Below are positions 60,501 through 64,000 of a DNA stretch of 64,000 nt, piece after piece. Position 1 is the first letter of the stretch; every line of letters begins with the position of its first letter. Source of the DNA: Eledone cirrhosa (Eukaryota); assembly GCA_964016885.1 (NCBI GenBank), contig OZ024741.1, forward strand, positions 4,774,001 to 4,838,000, given 5' to 3'. The notes under the pieces were generated by a model, which saw nothing but the letters and a program-made list of their open reading frames with translations, had not been told where the DNA came from and made no database searches. Made by a program: the position numbers and the translations under genes.

Positions 60501-63060
60501 CTGTGACTGTAGTTATACTGTAACTGTAGTTATACTGTAGCTGTAGTTATACTGTGACTGTAGTTATACTGTAACTGTAGTCATACTGTGACTGTAGTTA
60601 TACTTCAACTGTAGTTATACTGTAACTGTAGTCATACTGTGACTGTAGTTATACTGTAACTGTAGTTATACTGTAACTGTCGTTATACTGTAGCTGTAGT
60701 TATACTGTGACTGTAGTTATACTGTAACTGTAGTTATACTGTAACTGTAGTTATACTGTAACTGTCGTTATACTGTAGCTGTAGCTATTTTTATATTGAC
60801 TGTAGTTATACTGTAACTGTAGTTATACTGTAACTGTAGTTATACTGTAGCTGTAGTTATACTGTAACTGTAGTTATACTGTAACTGTAGTCATACTGTA
60901 GCTGTAGTTATACTGTGACTGTAGTTATACTTCAACTGTAGTTATACTTCAACTGTAGTTATACTGTAACTGTAGTTATACTGTAACTGTAGTTATACTG
61001 TAACTGTAGTCATACTGTAGCTGTAGTTATACTGTGACTGTAGTTATACTGTAACTGTAGTTATACTGTAACTGTCGTTATACTGTAGCTGTAGTTATAC
61101 TGTAGCTGTAGTTATACTGTAGCTGTAGTTATACTGTGACTGTAGTTATACTGTAACTGTAGTTATACTGTAACTGTAGTTATACTGTGACTGTAGTTAT
61201 ACTGTAACTGTAGTTATACTGTAGCTGTAGTTATACTGTAGCTGTAGTTATACTGTAACTGTAGTTATACTGTGACTAGTTATACTGTAGCTGTAGTTAT
61301 ACTGTCACTGTAGCTATACTGTCACTGTAGTTATAGTGTCACTGTAGTTATACTGTCACTATAGTAATACTGTAGCTGTAGTTATACTGTAACTGTAGTT
61401 ATACTGTAACTAGTTATACTGTAACTGTAGTTATACTTTAACTGTAGATATACTGTAGCTGTAGTTATACTGTCACTGTAGCTGTAGTTATACTGTAATT
61501 GTAGTTATACTGTAGCTGTAGTTATACTGTGACTGTAGTTATACTGTAGCTGTAATTATAATGTAACTGTAGTTATACTGTAACTGTAGATATACTGTAA
61601 CTGTAGTTATACTGTAGCTGTAGTTATACTGTGACTGTAGTTATACTGTCACTATAGTTATGCTGTAACTGTAGTTATACTGTAGCTGTAGTTATACTGT
61701 AGCTGTAATTATACTGTAACTGTAGTTATACTGTGACTGTAGTTATACTGTGACTAGTTATACTGTAACTGTAGTTATACTGTCACTATAGTTATGCTGT
61801 AACTGTAGTTATACTGTAACTGTAGTTATACTGTAACTGTAGTTATACTGTAACTGTAGTTATACTGCGACTGTAGTTATACTGTAACTGTAGTTATACT
61901 GTAACTGTAGTTATACTGCAACTGTAGTTATACTGTAACTGTAGTTATACTGTAACTGTAGTTATACTGTAACTGTAGTTATACTGCAACTGTAGTTATA
62001 CTGTAACTGTAGTTATACTGTAGCTGTAGTTATACTGTGACTGTAGTTATACTGTCACTGTAGTTATACTGTCACTGTAGCTATACTGTAGCTGTAGTTA
62101 TATTGTAGCTGTAGTTATACTGTAACTGTAGTTATACTGTAGCTGTAGTTATACTCTAACTGTAGTTATACTGTGACTAGTTATACCGTGACTGTTGTTA
62201 TATTGTAACTGTAGTTATACTATGACTTTAGTTATACTGTAACTGTAGTTATACTGTAACTGTAGTTATACTGTAGCTGTAGTTATGCTGTAAATGTAGA
62301 TATACTGTAGCTGTATTTATACTGTGACTCTAGTTATACTGTAGCTGTAGTTATACTGTGACTGTAGTTATAATGTAGCTGTAGTTATACTGTGACTGTA
62401 GTTATACTGTAGCTGTAGTTATACTGTAACTGTAGTTATACTGTGACTAGTTATACTGTAGCTGTAGTTATACTGTCACTATAGTTATACTGTCACTGTA
62501 GCTATACTGTCACTATAGTAATACTGTAACTGTAGTTATACTGTAACTGTAGTTATACTTTAACTGTAGATATACTGTAGCTGTAGTTATACTGTCACTG
62601 TAGCTATACTGTAGCTGTAGTTATACTGTAATTGTAGTTATACTGTAGCTGTAGTTATACTGTGTCTCTAGTTATGCTGTAACTGTAGTTATACTGTAGC
62701 TGTAATTATAATGTAACTGTAGTTATACTGTAACTGTAGTTATACTGTAGCTGTAGTTATAATGTGACTGTAGTTATACTGTCACTATCGTTATGCTGTA
62801 ACTGTAGTTATACTGTAGCTGTAGTTATACTGTAACTGTAGTTATACTGTGACTAGTTATACTGTAACTGTAGTTATACTGTCACTATAGTTATGCTGTC
62901 ACTATAGTTATGCTGTCACTATAGTTATGCTGTAACTGTAGTTATACTGTAACTGTAGTTATACTGTGACTGTAGTTATACTTCAACTGTAGTTATACTG
63001 TAGCTGTAGTTATACTGTGACTGTAGTTATACTGTAGCTGTAGTTATACTGCAACTGTAG
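57100..63060. repeat. Further ~5.9-kb higher-order repeat copy
   Basis: GCTATTTTTATATTGA 54917/60784 (offset 5867); TGTGTCTCTAG 56779/62661 (offset 5882). Confidence 0.82.
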
Positions 63061-64000
63061 TTATACTGTAACTGTAGTTATACTGTAGCTGTAGTTATAC
63101 TGCAACTGTAGTTATACTGTAACTGTAGTTATACTGTAGCTGTAGTTATACTGTGACTGTAGTTATACTGTCACTGTAGTTATACTGTCACTGTAGCTAT
63201 ACTGTAGCTGTAGTTATATTGTAGCTGTAGTTATACTGTAACTGTAGTTATACTGTAGCTGTAGTTATACTCTAACTGTAGTTATACTGTGACTGTAGTT
63301 ATACCGTGACTGTTGTTATATTGTAACTGTAGTTATACTATGACTTTAGTTATACTGTAACTGTAGTTATACTGTAACTGTAGTTATACTGTAGCTGTAG
63401 TTATACTGTAAATGTAGATATACTGTAGCTGTATTTATACTGTGACTCTAGTTATACTGTAGCTGTAGTTATACTGTGACTGTAGTTATAATGTAGCTGT
63501 AGTTATACTATGACTGTAGTTATACTGTAGCTGTAGTTATACTGTAACTGTAGTTATACTGTGACTAGTTATACTGTAGCTGTAGTTATACTGTCACTGT
63601 AGCTATACTGTCACTATAGTAATACTGTAACTGTAGTTATACTGTAACTGTAGTTATACTTTAACTGTAGATATACTGTAGCTGTAGTTATACTGTCACT
63701 GTAGCTATACTGTAGCTGTAGTTATACTGTAATTGTAGTTATACTGTAGCTGTAGTTATACTGTGACTCTAGTTATGCTGTGACTCTAGTTATGCTGTAA
63801 CTGTAGTTATACTGTAGCTGTAATTATAATGTAACTGTAGTTATACTGTAGCTGTAGTTATAATGTGACTGTAGTTATACTGTCACTATCGTTATGCTGT
63901 AACTGTAGTTATACTGTAGCTGTAGTTATACTGTAACTGTAGTTATACTGTGACTAGTTATACTGTAACTGTAGTTATACTGTCACTATAGTTATGCTGT

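Larger units (their letters stand above)
1..64000. repeat. Tandem satellite array of a 17-bp monomer, consensus CTGTAGTTATACTGTAA (common end variants -TAG, -TGA, -CAA, -TCA)
   Basis: Seen directly: the core CTGTAGTTATACTG recurs with a 17-bp period from the first to the last line with no unique sequence. Occasional 11-, 14-, 15-, 21- and 23-bp length variants occur. Confidence 0.99.

Noticed and set aside
1-64000. Protein-coding repeat ORF on either strand
   Set aside because: The 17-bp period cycles through all frames. The + strand has TAG in nearly every monomer and the - strand has TAA (from TTA), so every frame stops about every 51 bp in the standard code. Stop-reassigned codes would still meet frequent TGA on the + strand and phase-shifting indels.
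1-64000. The three commonest end triplets include exactly the stop codons TAA, TAG and TGA
   Set aside because: TAG and TGA are simply the A>G transition neighbours of TAA, and CAA is the third transition neighbour and is also common. With no reading frame, coincidence is sufficient.
1-64000. CRISPR array (constant repeat plus variable part)
   Set aside because: The variable part is only about 3 bp with few states. There are no unique spacers, no leader and no cas genes.
1-64000. CENP-B box, because the monomer is 17 bp
   Set aside because: The CENP-B box needs the TTCG....A..CGGG core, which is absent. The length match is incidental.
1-64000. Telomerase-synthesised telomeric repeat
   Set aside because: There are no G-runs, and kilobase-scale inherited variant patterns indicate recombinational amplification rather than templated addition.
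1-64000. TATA-like promoter motifs (TTATA, occasional TATAAT)
   Set aside because: These are part of the repeat unit or single-base variants of it, with no downstream gene.
1-64000. Synthetic DNA, data-storage construct or pure sequencing artefact
   Set aside because: Nested duplications with shared rare variants and graded divergence look like natural satellite evolution, although individual near-identical blocks could still be misassembled.

Overview
The whole 64-kb window is one uninterrupted, AT-rich (about 30-35% GC) tandem satellite array. The consensus monomer is 17 bp, CTGTAGTTATACTGTAA, with roughly 3,700-3,800 copies, and the array runs off both ends. I found no genes, RNA genes, CRISPR arrays or transposons. 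The structure sits at three levels. (1) The monomer is built from 6+5+6 subrepeats, has a junction dyad (TAACT-gt-AGTTA), and carries most of its common variation in the last three bases (TAA/TAG/TGA/CAA/TCA). (2) A 32-bp micro-inversion creates a 66-bp quasi-palindrome and occurs six times in the left 37 kb. (3) Rare variant monomers mark nested higher-order duplications of about 0.29, 0.76, 1.2, 2.4-2.5, 3.7, 4.7, 5.9, 6.4 and 14.7 kb. This is most consistent with eukaryotic heterochromatic satellite DNA, but organism and chromosomal position cannot be determined from the window. Distances were counted by hand between marker variants, and duplication boundaries are approximate.
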